From Eubacteriales bacterium (GTDB taxonomy: Bacteria > Bacillota > Clostridia > Oscillospirales > CAG-272): a DNA stretch of 64,000 nt. This document shows positions 28,109 to 37,074 of this stretch, piece after piece. Under the pieces are notes generated by a model. That model ran no database searches, was not told where the DNA came from, and saw nothing but the letters and a program-made list of their open reading frames with translations. Position 1 is the first letter of the stretch, and every line of letters begins with the position of its first letter. The DNA lies in the NCBI GenBank assembly GCA_045643725.1, contig JAZRFQ010000043.1, forward strand, positions 1,677 through 65,676, written 5' to 3'. The position numbers and the translations under genes were made by a program.

Positions 28109-28497
28109 GTAAATTCAGGTTTATATTCAGCCGCGGCGCATGCGAGCTCGCATCCTATGAGGAATCGGGCGGTGCGGCGGAAATGCTCTTCCCGAGAGGT
28201 ACATACGGCGAGGTTGCCGTGGGCGAGGCCGTCTATCCTCTCGTATCGGGCAAGGCTCAAGTGAAGCTCGCAGGATTCGCCGACGGAATCTACCGCCCTA
28301 CGCTCAGATACGGCGACAGAGAGTACGCTCTGCCCGAGGTAAAGAAAGAGGGCAACATAATCAGCTTCGTCGGCTATAGCACAGAGGAGATGTGCGAGAG
28401 ATTCGGCGAGCTCCGCCGTGCTCGCACTGCTCTGCGCGAGCTCGGTGAAAAATACAAGCAGCTCGAGGACTACGTCTTCGGCAAAGGAATATTTTAG
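28105..28497 (+). CDS. Hypothetical virion protein
   Basis: This 130-aa ORF is translationally coupled to the previous ORF. Confidence 0.4.
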   Translation: MSKFRFIFSRGACELASYEESGGAAEMLFPRGTYGEVAVGEAVYPLVSGKAQVKLAGFADGIYRPTLRYGDREYALPEVKKEGNIISFVGYSTEEMCERFGELRRARTALRELGEKYKQLEDYVFGKGIF

Positions 28498-28509
28498 AAA
28501 GGAAAAGCT

Positions 28510-29133
28510 ATGAAAAGAATGAAATTCGTAAAACATCTTATCGCACTTGCGCTCTGCGCCGTGATGCTTCTCGGCTTCGGCACGGCGTCGGCTGCGGAGG
28601 ATAGCGAGATCACGAATGAGGTCACCGGCGAATCCGCGCCCACCGAGACCGAGAATACCAACGTATTCGAGGAGCTTTACGCGGCGGCGAGCGAGTTCTC
28701 GGGCGAGATCGCCTCGGCGCTCGCATTCCTCGGTTCTCTTATCGTTGCCCTCGCCTACAAGCGCGGACTTATGCCTGCGGTAAAGAGCGGAATCGGTGCG
28801 ATCGGCGGCGCGGTAAGTCAGCTCAAGGACTCGACCGAAAGCTACTCAAAGCATCAGGACGAGCTTCTCACCGAGTTTAGCGAGAGGCTCTGTCGCGCCG
28901 AGGAGGTGCTCGAGCGCTTCGGTCAGGCTATCGATGAGATCGCCGAAAAGACCGAGGACGGAAAGTCCGCCGCCGAGGACAGAGCAAGCATGAAGGCTCT
29001 GATGTCGGCGCAGATAGATATGCTCTACGATATCTTTATGACCTCCTCGCTTCCGCAGTATCAGAAGGATGCCGTGAACAAGCGCATCGGTGAAATGAAA
29101 GAGGTGACCAAGAGTGAAAGTCACGTCGAATAA
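28510..29133 (+). CDS. Secreted or membrane coiled-coil protein
   Basis: It has a signal peptide (LALCAVMLLGFGTASAAED), an acidic stretch, one TM segment (IASALAFLGSLIVALAY) and a helical C-terminal half. Confidence 0.5.
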   Translation: MKRMKFVKHLIALALCAVMLLGFGTASAAEDSEITNEVTGESAPTETENTNVFEELYAAASEFSGEIASALAFLGSLIVALAYKRGLMPAVKSGIGAIGGAVSQLKDSTESYSKHQDELLTEFSERLCRAEEVLERFGQAIDEIAEKTEDGKSAAEDRASMKALMSAQIDMLYDIFMTSSLPQYQKDAVNKRIGEMKEVTKSESHVE

Positions 29134-29488
29134 GCAGACGGTTAAAAGCATTTTTCTGCGCGTTACCGGACTCGTTTTGTGCGTTATCCCCGTGACCGTG
29201 TCAATTCTTTGCTATTTTCCTGCCTGGCGTGCCGAGGGCGGCGAGGTTCTGCTCTCGGGCGCGACACTACTGCTTTTATGCATGGCGGCGGTGCCTCTTT
29301 ACAAGCTGATATCCGCAAAGCTACGCTCGCCTGCGGCGTACACGCTGTGGCTTATCGCGTTTATCCTTTTCTTTTTACTCTCCAATATCGCACAGGAGAT
29401 GGTCGTGATATCCTTCACAGGCTTTATCGGAAATCTCCTCGGTGCTATCGCCTTCAAGCTGGCGGGAGGTAAAAATGAAGGAGCTTGA
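29114..29488 (+). CDS. Small polytopic membrane protein (about 4 TM)
   Basis: This 124-aa ORF has four hydrophobic segments. Its GTG start overlaps the upstream gene by 20 nt. Confidence 0.5.
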   Translation: MKVTSNKQTVKSIFLRVTGLVLCVIPVTVSILCYFPAWRAEGGEVLLSGATLLLLCMAAVPLYKLISAKLRSPAAYTLWLIAFILFFLLSNIAQEMVVISFTGFIGNLLGAIAFKLAGGKNEGA

Positions 29489-30320
29489 AAATCTCGGATT
29501 TACTAAAACCGAGGGGCCCGGCGCTCTCATATCGGGAATCGGCACTCTGGTAGCGGTGATCTCTACCGCCATCGCGGTGCTCGTGACCTTCACCGACATA
29601 ACCTTTGGCGGTCTCGGCACGAAGGAGATGACCACCGTCCTTGCGGTGCTTCTCGCCTCTGCCTACGTCATATATTTCTCTCTTGAGGAATCGGGAGAGC
29701 GCAGAGGTGAGGAGACCGAGGAGTTCCGCACGGCATTCGCTCGCCACCGCGAGCTCTGTGCAAGGCTGACACCCGAGATGCTCCCCGCCCTGCGAAGCTA
29801 TCTGACCGAATACACGCTCGAGGAGGCGTCGTCGAGACGGCGCACGCTTCTTATGCGAGCGGGCTTCACCGAGGAGGACTACGATGCATACCGCTCGGGC
29901 AAAAAGCTCGAGTGGTCGGCGCGGCGCGTAATGCGCCGTGCCGAGAAAATAGAGGCGGCACAGATCTCGCCCGGCGACCTGCTCTCACAGGGCAAGCCGA
30001 AAAACCGCGGCGAGCTCTACAACCCCGAGCCTCGCGCGAGGATCAAAATGCTGCTCAATCTCCTGCCGACGACCGTCTGCATGCTTGTGACCGTGTCGGT
30101 AATGCTCAGCCTGAAGGAGAGCCTCGGCCCTGCGGAAATCTTCGAGGGACTGATGAAGCTCTCGGCGCTTCCCATCATCGGAGCGCGCGGCTACGTCTGC
30201 GGATTTAACTACGCGAAGGACGTGCGCGCAAGCTGGCTCGAAACGAAGTCCAGGCTTCTCGTCGGATTTCTCGACAAGTCGGGCAATACGGGCGCGGCGG
30301 GATTGACAAGCGCGGTCTAA
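29475..30320 (+). CDS. Membrane protein with N- and C-terminal TM pairs around a basic helical cytoplasmic domain
   Basis: The ATG at 29475 follows GGGAGG. Length is 281 aa. TM segments occur near ALISGIGTLVAVISTAIAVLV, TVLAVLLASAYVIYF, LLNLLPTTVCMLVTVSVML and LSALPIIGARGYVCGF. Confidence 0.5.
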   Translation: MKELENLGFTKTEGPGALISGIGTLVAVISTAIAVLVTFTDITFGGLGTKEMTTVLAVLLASAYVIYFSLEESGERRGEETEEFRTAFARHRELCARLTPEMLPALRSYLTEYTLEEASSRRRTLLMRAGFTEEDYDAYRSGKKLEWSARRVMRRAEKIEAAQISPGDLLSQGKPKNRGELYNPEPRARIKMLLNLLPTTVCMLVTVSVMLSLKESLGPAEIFEGLMKLSALPIIGARGYVCGFNYAKDVRASWLETKSRLLVGFLDKSGNTGAAGLTSAV

Positions 30321-30362
30321 TATGATAAAATAAATAAAACACTCTGAAAGGGGGAGACGGCC

Positions 30363-32759
30363 GTGAGGTACGACGAGATCACCGACAAAATAAGAATCGG
30401 CGTAAAGGAATTCGTCGCTATTGCCAAGCGCGCCGTCTCCCCTACGTCGCCATATGAGGAAGACGAGCCGAGCGCCATCGAGCTTGGCAGATTGCAGGCG
30501 CGCGCCATCGGCATCACCGACGAGGAGATGACGGTCGAGCACACTGTAGAGTGCGGCGAGGAGGCGCTTTGCATTTTCGGTCGCGGCTTCTTCTCTGAGT
30601 GCGGCGACGTTACTCTCGCCTGCGAGTCCGATAGGATCAGCGCGCCCTCAAAGGAGCTCTCGGCAAAGATGAGAGCCGAGGGATTTGTCCTTGGATACAT
30701 TCGCGCGCTCGAGCTTGAGCGAGACTCGTTTGTGTTAACTTTAGTTTACATTAATCCTTCCTCGGGCGAGAAAATCGAGACCCGCGAGAGCGTCAAAACC
30801 GCTACTGCCGAGAGATTTTTCTCAAAATGCCTGGGTACCGTGTTAAATTATTATCGTCCCGAGCGTGACAGAGTCAAGTATAGACTCCCCACGATGCGCT
30901 CGGTAAAGTTCCCCTACAAGAGCATTCGCGATGGACAGAGCGAGTTCATCAAGCGCGCCTACAAGGCGCTCTGCCGCGGCGGCTCTCTCTTTGCGCTCGC
31001 GCCTACCGGCACGGGCAAGACGGTGTCGGCGATCTTCCCTGCTATCCGCGCGCTCGGCGAGGGACGGGTGAGCAAGGTCTTCTATCTCACTCCCAAAACC
31101 ACCACCGCCACGGCGGCGAAGGAATGCATCGAGCTTCTCTCAAGGAGCGGCGCACAGATCCGCGCTATGATACTGACGGCAAAGGAGCGCAGCTGCAAGC
31201 TTGATCTACGCTGTCGCGAGCTGCAGGGCGGCTGTGAGATGATGCACTACGAGAATATGTCCGACGCGGTGCTTGAGGTCTACGATCTCGGTCTTCCCGT
31301 CGTGACGATAAACGAAATACACCCGATTGCAAAGAAGCACTCGATCTGCCCCTATGAGCTTGAGCTCACCTATGCCGAGCTTTGCGACGTGGTCGTCTGC
31401 GACTTCAACTATCTCTTTGACCCACGCGCGTATCTGCGCCGATTTTTCGACGAGGGCGGCGACTACGCCTTTCTTATCGACGAGGCACATAATCTGCCCG
31501 ACCGTGCGCGAGAGATGTTCTCTGCCGAGATCACCGCAGAGGAGATCTGCGCCCCCTGCGCCTCGCCTCTTCTCGGCGAGCTATCTGCAGTAAGAAGGGC
31601 GAGCCTCGAGGCATCGCACCGCTTCTTTGATCTACTCTATCCCTATCTCAAGGACGAGCTCCGCACCGACAAGGACGGCGCGGTCTTTGGTGCGACGCAT
31701 CTGTCTGAGCTTCCCGGCGAGCTTTTCGGCATTTTTGAGAACCTGCTCGCGGCGTACGAGGAGGAGATCCTCGACACCAAGAGGGCAAAGGACGAGGAGC
31801 GCGCGGCGCGCCTGAAGATGCTCTACGAGCACTACTATCCGATCAAAAAGGTCTACGATACGATGCTCGCCTTCAACTCCTGCTATCAGCTCTTCCTCTT
31901 CTACGAACAGGGCATACTGCGAATGAAGCTATACTGTATCGACACCGGCGAGCGCATCTCCGAATGCATCGCGAAGGGACACTCGGCGCTCTTCTTCTCG
32001 GCAACGCTATCGCCGCTTGACTACTATCGTGCGGTGCTTGGCGGCGACAGATCCTCCGACGTCATGGAGGTCGACTCGCCCTTTGCGCCCGAGCAGCTCG
32101 CGGTGGCGATAATGGACAAGATAAGCACCCGCTACTCCGAGCGCGAGGACACTCTCGCGGCGGTTTGCCGCGCTATCGCGGCGACTCTCTCGGCAAGGCG
32201 CGGACATTATATCGTTTTCTCGCCCTCGTTTGCATACTCCGAGGCTCTGTGTCGCATCTTCGCGGCAAAATATCCCAAAATAAAAGTACTCTATCAGGAC
32301 AAGAATATGTCCCGAGAGAAAAAAGCCGAGTTCCTCGCCGCGCTCGAGAACACCGAGGACGGCTACCTCGTGGCATTCTGCGTTATGGGCGGAATCTTCG
32401 CCGAGGGAATCGACCTCGTCGGCGACTCGCTGATTGGTGCTGTCGTCGTTGGCATCGGTCTGCCGCAGCTCTCATACGAGCGCGAGGCTATCGCCGCCTA
32501 CTTTGGCGACAAGTATGAGGCAGGGCGCGAGTTCGCATATATTTACCCCGGCATGAACCGCGTGCTTCAGGCGGCGGGGCGCGTCATAAGGCGCGAGGAG
32601 GATCGCGGCGTTATCGTCCTGATCGACGACCGATTCGACGATCCAATATACAAAAAAAGCCTGCCAAAGCTATGGCGAGGCGTGCAATTTATCGCCGATC
32701 CCGTCGAGCTCAAGGCCTCGCTCGAGCAGTTCTGGCGTGAAAATCTATCAGACAAATAA
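30363..32759 (+). CDS. XPD/DinG-family (Rad3-related) Fe-S DNA helicase with an about 170-aa N-terminal extension
   Basis: Walker A is APTGTGKT and the DEAH box is IDEAHNL. Four Cys sit between them (SCKL, RCRE, GGCEM, SICPY), and the C-terminal motif is QAAGRVIRRE. The GTG start follows GGGGGAG. Confidence 0.85.
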   Translation: MRYDEITDKIRIGVKEFVAIAKRAVSPTSPYEEDEPSAIELGRLQARAIGITDEEMTVEHTVECGEEALCIFGRGFFSECGDVTLACESDRISAPSKELSAKMRAEGFVLGYIRALELERDSFVLTLVYINPSSGEKIETRESVKTATAERFFSKCLGTVLNYYRPERDRVKYRLPTMRSVKFPYKSIRDGQSEFIKRAYKALCRGGSLFALAPTGTGKTVSAIFPAIRALGEGRVSKVFYLTPKTTTATAAKECIELLSRSGAQIRAMILTAKERSCKLDLRCRELQGGCEMMHYENMSDAVLEVYDLGLPVVTINEIHPIAKKHSICPYELELTYAELCDVVVCDFNYLFDPRAYLRRFFDEGGDYAFLIDEAHNLPDRAREMFSAEITAEEICAPCASPLLGELSAVRRASLEASHRFFDLLYPYLKDELRTDKDGAVFGATHLSELPGELFGIFENLLAAYEEEILDTKRAKDEERAARLKMLYEHYYPIKKVYDTMLAFNSCYQLFLFYEQGILRMKLYCIDTGERISECIAKGHSALFFSATLSPLDYYRAVLGGDRSSDVMEVDSPFAPEQLAVAIMDKISTRYSEREDTLAAVCRAIAATLSARRGHYIVFSPSFAYSEALCRIFAAKYPKIKVLYQDKNMSREKKAEFLAALENTEDGYLVAFCVMGGIFAEGIDLVGDSLIGAVVVGIGLPQLSYEREAIAAYFGDKYEAGREFAYIYPGMNRVLQAAGRVIRREEDRGVIVLIDDRFDDPIYKKSLPKLWRGVQFIADPVELKASLEQFWRENLSDK

Positions 32760-32770
32760 CAGGAGAATCT

Positions 32771-33058
32771 ATGAAAACGTTAATGCTGATCTGCGAGCTT
32801 GTGATTTGCGTCGCGGGAATATACACCATCATAGGAGCAAAGGATCTGCACGACAGAATGCACGGCATCTTCGTTGTACTGCTCTGCTGTGACGGTCTGT
32901 GCGAGCATTTCTTCTCGCACTATAACATCGTGACCGAGATCTCGCTCGGTATCACCGCGGTTTACGGTCTGTTCTTTGTCATATTCTTCACGACGAAGGA
33001 CGTTCGCGAGCGCACCGCGCATCTCAAGAATAAAAAAGAAGAAAACAAAGAAAAATAA
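32771..33058 (+). CDS. Small membrane protein (3 TM), hypothetical
   Basis: This 95-aa ORF has three hydrophobic segments and a K/E-rich tail. It starts 12 nt after the helicase stop. Confidence 0.5.
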   Translation: MKTLMLICELVICVAGIYTIIGAKDLHDRMHGIFVVLLCCDGLCEHFFSHYNIVTEISLGITAVYGLFFVIFFTTKDVRERTAHLKNKKEENKEK

Positions 33059-33060
33059 GC

Positions 33061-33093
33061 AAAAACCGGCGGAGTAGGTGCTCCGCCGGTTTC
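33061..33093. terminator. Bidirectional terminator between the convergent small membrane gene and mtnN
   Basis: aaccggcggag-taggtg-ctccgccggtt forms the hairpin. A strong T-run follows on the minus strand. Confidence 0.75.
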
Positions 33094-33106
33094 GTATTAT
33101 GTCAGG

Positions 33107-33802
33107 TTACCACTCTCGGATAAGCTCGAGGGTGAGGGATGCGGAGTTCTTTGCCGCGATGGGGAGGAACTCCATATAGTCCATATTCGCGCCGCCGTCG
33201 GCGGAGTCGGAGATGGCTCTGACGACGAGAAATGCCGTGCCGTTGACAAAGGCGGTGTGGGCGACTGCCGCGCCCTCCATCTCGCAGACGTCGGCCGAGA
33301 AGTCGGCGACGATTCTATCCTTGTCTGCGCTCTGCGCGACGAATTTGTCGCCCGAGGCAACGATGCCGCCTCTTGCCTTGATGCCGAGGCGCTCTGCCGC
33401 CGCGAGAACGATCTCTGCCGCGCGAGAATCGGTGTCAAAGTACACCTTATTGATACCCGAGATGAGTCCCTTTGGGTCGCCGAGAGGCGAGGTGTCCATA
33501 TCGTGCTGAAGAAGCTGCCTCGCGACCACGGTATCGGTAGGACGAAGATCGGACGCGAGCGCGCCGCCGACGCCGGAGTTAACTACCAGATCGGGCGAGT
33601 AGCGAAGGATCATAGCCTCGGTGCAGATCGCGGCAAAAACCTTGCCGACTCCGCACTGTGCAACCACGATTTTCTTGCCAAAGAGGCTACCCGTGTTAAA
33701 TTCTATACCGCTGACGGTCTCTTTTTCTCTGTTTTCAAGCTTTGCGATAAGAGCCTCGACCTCGATGCTCATAGCGCCGATAATTCCAATATCTGCCTTC
33801 AT
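33107..33802 (-). CDS. mtnN: 5-methylthioadenosine/S-adenosylhomocysteine nucleosidase
   Basis: MKADIGIIGAMSIEVEAL, GVGKV, EMEGAAVA and VVRAISDSAD are present. The ATG at 33802 follows GAGGTG. An alternative ATG at 33814 overlaps the luxS stop. Confidence 0.9.
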   Translation of the reverse strand: MKADIGIIGAMSIEVEALIAKLENREKETVSGIEFNTGSLFGKKIVVAQCGVGKVFAAICTEAMILRYSPDLVVNSGVGGALASDLRPTDTVVARQLLQHDMDTSPLGDPKGLISGINKVYFDTDSRAAEIVLAAAERLGIKARGGIVASGDKFVAQSADKDRIVADFSADVCEMEGAAVAHTAFVNGTAFLVVRAISDSADGGANMDYMEFLPIAAKNSASLTLELIREW

Positions 33803-33810
33803 TTCACACC

Positions 33811-34260
33811 TCATTTATACTCAAAATCATTGACCTTTGAGTTTAGGATATCGAGATATCTCTTGCACTCGACCTTAGCCGCCTCAAGCGAGAGGTTGGC
33901 GTAGTTGCCGCACTCGATACGGCTCTGTCCGTACATTTCGGGGGCGGTGAGGGTATCGGCGAGAGCCTTTTTCAAGACCTCGAGGACCTCGGAGTTCTCG
34001 GCATCGCGCACGAGAAGATAGAAGCCCGTCTGACAGCCCATAGGGCCGAAGTATATGATCTTGTCGGCGATCGCGCCGTTGCGAAGATGAGTCGCAAGCA
34101 TATGCTCCACCGAGTGCATCGTCAAATTATCCATATAATCGCCTGCGTTGGGCACTCTCGTGCGTAGATCGTAGGTGGTGACGTCGCCGTCGATGCGCGA
34201 CACGTAGATACCCTCTGTAAGAGTATCGTGATTAACCGTGAAGGAGGCTATCTTTTTCAT
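33811..34260 (-). CDS. luxS: S-ribosylhomocysteine lyase
   Basis: The metal motif HSVEHMLATHLR and GPMGCQTGFY are present. Length is 149 aa. Confidence 0.95.
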   Translation of the reverse strand: MKKIASFTVNHDTLTEGIYVSRIDGDVTTYDLRTRVPNAGDYMDNLTMHSVEHMLATHLRNGAIADKIIYFGPMGCQTGFYLLVRDAENSEVLEVLKKALADTLTAPEMYGQSRIECGNYANLSLEAAKVECKRYLDILNSKVNDFEYK

Positions 34261-34328
34261 TTTTTCTCCTCTTTATCTAGTAGTTGCGGAGCGACAGTGC
34301 CGCTCCGCAGATTTTCTTGAATTTAAGA

Positions 34329-35720
34329 TCAGAACGCGATTCTCTCGCGGATGTAGCTCTTAACCTCGGAGAGAGGAATACGAACCTGCTCCATAGAATC
34401 TCTGTCACGAACGGTTACGCAACCGTCGTTCTCGGTATCGAAGTCGTAGGTGATGCAGAAGGGAGTACAGATCTCGTCCTCACGGCGATATCTCTTACCG
34501 ATAGAGCCGGTCTCGTCGAAGTCAACGGGGAACTCCTTTGCAAGCTCGTCGTAGAGCTCGAGAGCCTTATCGGAGAGCTTCTTGGAGAGAGGAAGCACTG
34601 CCGCCTTGACGGGTGCAAGTGCGGGATGAAGGTGAAGAACGACTCTTACGTCGCCCTCGCCGAGAGTCTCCTCGTCGTAAGCGTCAACAAGGAATGCAAG
34701 CGCTACTCTGTCTGCACCGAGAGAGGGCTCGACAACGTAGGGGATATAATGCTCGCCGGTCTCCTGATCGAAGTAGGTCATATCCTTGCCGGAATGGTTC
34801 TGATGCTGACCGAGGTCGTAGTCGGTTCTGTCTGCGATGCCCCAGAGCTCGCCCCAACCGAAGGGGAAGAGGAACTCGAAGTCGGTGGTCGCCTTGGAGT
34901 AGAAGCAAAGCTCGTCGGGATCGTGGTCACGAAGACGAAGGTTCTCGGATCTCATACCGAGGTCGAGAAGCCACTTGTGGCAGAAGTCCTTCCAATACTT
35001 GAACCACTCGAGGTCGGTGCCGGGCTTGCAGAAGAACTCAAGCTCCATCTGCTCGAACTCACGGGTACGGAATACGAAGTTACCGGGGGTGATCTCGTTT
35101 CTGAAGGACTTACCGATCTGGCAAACGCCGAAGGGAAGCTTCTTTCTCGTGGATCTCTGTACCGCGGGGAAGTTAACAAAGATACCCTGCGCGGTCTCGG
35201 GACGAAGATATACGGTGTTGGTCGAATCCTCGGTAACACCGATGAAGGTCTTGAACATAAGGTTGAACTTCTTGATGTCGGTGAAGGTCTTGCCGCCGCA
35301 AAGAGGGCAGGCGATGTCCTTCTCCTTGATGTACTCTGCCATCTGCTCGAATGTCCAGCCTGCAGGATTGTCATCGGTACCGTTCTGGAAAGCGTAATCC
35401 TCAATGAGCTTGTCCGCTCTGTGACGCGCCTTACACTGCTTGCAGTCCATAAGGGGATCGGAGAAGCCGCCAACGTGGCCGGATGCTACCCAAGCCTCGG
35501 GGTTCATAATGATCGCCGAATCAAGTCCGACGTTGTATCTGGACTCCTGAACGAACTTCTTCCACCAAGCACGCTTTACGTTGTTCTTGAACTCAACGCC
35601 GAGAGGGCCGTAGTCCCAGGAGTTAGCAAGTCCGCCGTAGATCTCAGAGCCGGGGAAGATGAATCCGCGAGTCTTGCACAGAGCTACGATTTTGTCCATT
35701 GTCTTTTTACTGTTTTCCAT
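34329..35720 (-). CDS. glyQS: Glycine--tRNA ligase (single-chain class II)
   Basis: [46 protein letters not shown] and [12 protein letters not shown] are present. Length is 463 aa. Confidence 0.95.
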   Translation of the reverse strand: MENSKKTMDKIVALCKTRGFIFPGSEIYGGLANSWDYGPLGVEFKNNVKRAWWKKFVQESRYNVGLDSAIIMNPEAWVASGHVGGFSDPLMDCKQCKARHRADKLIEDYAFQNGTDDNPAGWTFEQMAEYIKEKDIACPLCGGKTFTDIKKFNLMFKTFIGVTEDSTNTVYLRPETAQGIFVNFPAVQRSTRKKLPFGVCQIGKSFRNEITPGNFVFRTREFEQMELEFFCKPGTDLEWFKYWKDFCHKWLLDLGMRSENLRLRDHDPDELCFYSKATTDFEFLFPFGWGELWGIADRTDYDLGQHQNHSGKDMTYFDQETGEHYIPYVVEPSLGADRVALAFLVDAYDEETLGEGDVRVVLHLHPALAPVKAAVLPLSKKLSDKALELYDELAKEFPVDFDETGSIGKRYRREDEICTPFCITYDFDTENDGCVTVRDRDSMEQVRIPLSEVKSYIRERIAF

Positions 35721-35758
35721 TTTCTTTCTCCATTTTATGTAAATAATTGTTTACAAAT

Positions 35759-37060
35759 TTATACTAACCTTGCGGTTATAATACCGTTTTTATTTGACAC
35801 GGGTACGACCTTAACCATCTCTCCCGAGAGATTTGGGCATTCAGACTCAACTCGTACCTCGGCAAAGTTATCGGCGTGTGCGGCATAGGCCTCGCCGTCG
35901 TAGGTCTCGAGGATAACCGAGAGAGGCTCACCGCGCAGGGTAAGCTCTGCGAGCACCTCGTCGCGCACCTCGTGGCAGACCTTGATCAAGGTCTCTGATC
36001 TTCTGCGCTTGGTCGCCTCGTCAACCTGGTCGGGATAGTCAGCCGCAGGTGTTCCTGCACGGCGCGAGTAGGCGAAGACGTGAGCGTCGATGAAGCGTGC
36101 CTCCCTTGCAAATGCAACGGTGTCGAGAAAATCCTCCTCGGTCTCGCCGGGAAATCCAACCATAAGATCGGTGGTAAACGCCGCGCCGGCGATGCTTTCT
36201 CGTATCATCCTTATATTATCGAGGGCCTGCGTTCTGTTATATCTGCGCTTCATGGCGCGGAGCACTCGGTCCGAGCCGCTCTGCACCGACAGATGAAAGT
36301 GCGGTGCCAGGATCTTCAGGTCGCGAACCTTCTCGATAAAGCTCTTCCCTATCAGCTCGGGGGCAAGCGATCCGAGGCGAATGCGCTCTGCACTGCCGCG
36401 AGCGTCAAGCTCGCACAGAAGCTCTGCGAGGCCGTAGCCGTCCTCGAAATCTCTGCCGTAGGAGCCCGTCTCGATGCCGGTGAGCACGATCTCGCGCACG
36501 CCCGACGCCGAAAGCCCCTCGACCTCTCTGATGACCTCGTCCTTCGGCTTCGATCTGACTCTGCCGCGAGCGTCGGCGATGGCACAGTAGGTGCATCGGC
36601 ACTCACAGCCGTCCTCGATCTTAACGTAGGCGCGTGTGCGCTCTGCGCGGCGAATGGACATAGGCTCAAAGTCGGCAACCGACACGTCGGTGAGCGAGAG
36701 ATAGGTGTCTCGCTCGTTATTCAAAAGCTCGATCGCTATCTTCACAAGCGAGAGCTTATTCTCATTTCCGATAACGGCGCGCACGCCGTCGATCGCAGCG
36801 ACATCCTCGGGCGAGCGCTGACTGTAGCAGCCCATAACCATAACGATGCCATCGGGGTTATTCTTTCTCGCGCGGCGAATTATCTGCCGCGACTTTCTGT
36901 CGCTCTCCGCGGTAACGGTGCAGGTGTTCACGACGTAGACGTCGCAGGCCTCGTCGAAGGAGCGAAGCTCAAAGCCCGCCGCCTCGAACGCCTCTGCAAC
37001 CGCCTCGGTCTCATACTGCGAGACCTTACAGCCGAGAGAATAAAATCCAACGCTATACAA
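35759..37060 (-). CDS. mtaB: MiaB-family radical SAM methylthiotransferase, MtaB-like
   Basis: The N-terminal UPF0004 domain begins FYSLGCKVSQYE. The radical SAM motif is CECRCTYC, and a C-terminal TRAM-like region is present. Confidence 0.85.
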   Translation of the reverse strand: MYSVGFYSLGCKVSQYETEAVAEAFEAAGFELRSFDEACDVYVVNTCTVTAESDRKSRQIIRRARKNNPDGIVMVMGCYSQRSPEDVAAIDGVRAVIGNENKLSLVKIAIELLNNERDTYLSLTDVSVADFEPMSIRRAERTRAYVKIEDGCECRCTYCAIADARGRVRSKPKDEVIREVEGLSASGVREIVLTGIETGSYGRDFEDGYGLAELLCELDARGSAERIRLGSLAPELIGKSFIEKVRDLKILAPHFHLSVQSGSDRVLRAMKRRYNRTQALDNIRMIRESIAGAAFTTDLMVGFPGETEEDFLDTVAFAREARFIDAHVFAYSRRAGTPAADYPDQVDEATKRRRSETLIKVCHEVRDEVLAELTLRGEPLSVILETYDGEAYAAHADNFAEVRVESECPNLSGEMVKVVPVSNKNGIITARLV

Positions 37061-37074
37061 AACGGCAGCTCCGA

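Larger units (their letters stand above)
18677..30320 (+). mobile_element. Phage-derived structural-only locus: packaging, head, short-tail-like and membrane proteins. It is either a prophage remnant or a domesticated GTA-like element.
   Basis: It holds 14 co-directional ORFs with SD sites and overlapping stop/start codons. TerS, TerL and portal are recognisable. No integrase, repressor, replication, tape-measure, sheath/tube or lysin genes occur in the window, and housekeeping genes flank both sides. Confidence 0.6.

Noticed and set aside
18386-30362. Attachment-site direct repeats, an integrase or a tRNA target flanking the phage-like block
   Set aside because: By eye I found no repeated sequence shared by the two borders, no recombinase-like ORF and no tRNA. 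I cannot exclude short (<15 bp) att repeats without a computational search.
35721-35758. T-box riboswitch leaders upstream of glyQS, and upstream of hisS at 8576-8966
   Set aside because: The glyQS upstream gap is only 38 nt, and hisS overlaps mrnC. There is no room for a ~200-nt T-box leader.
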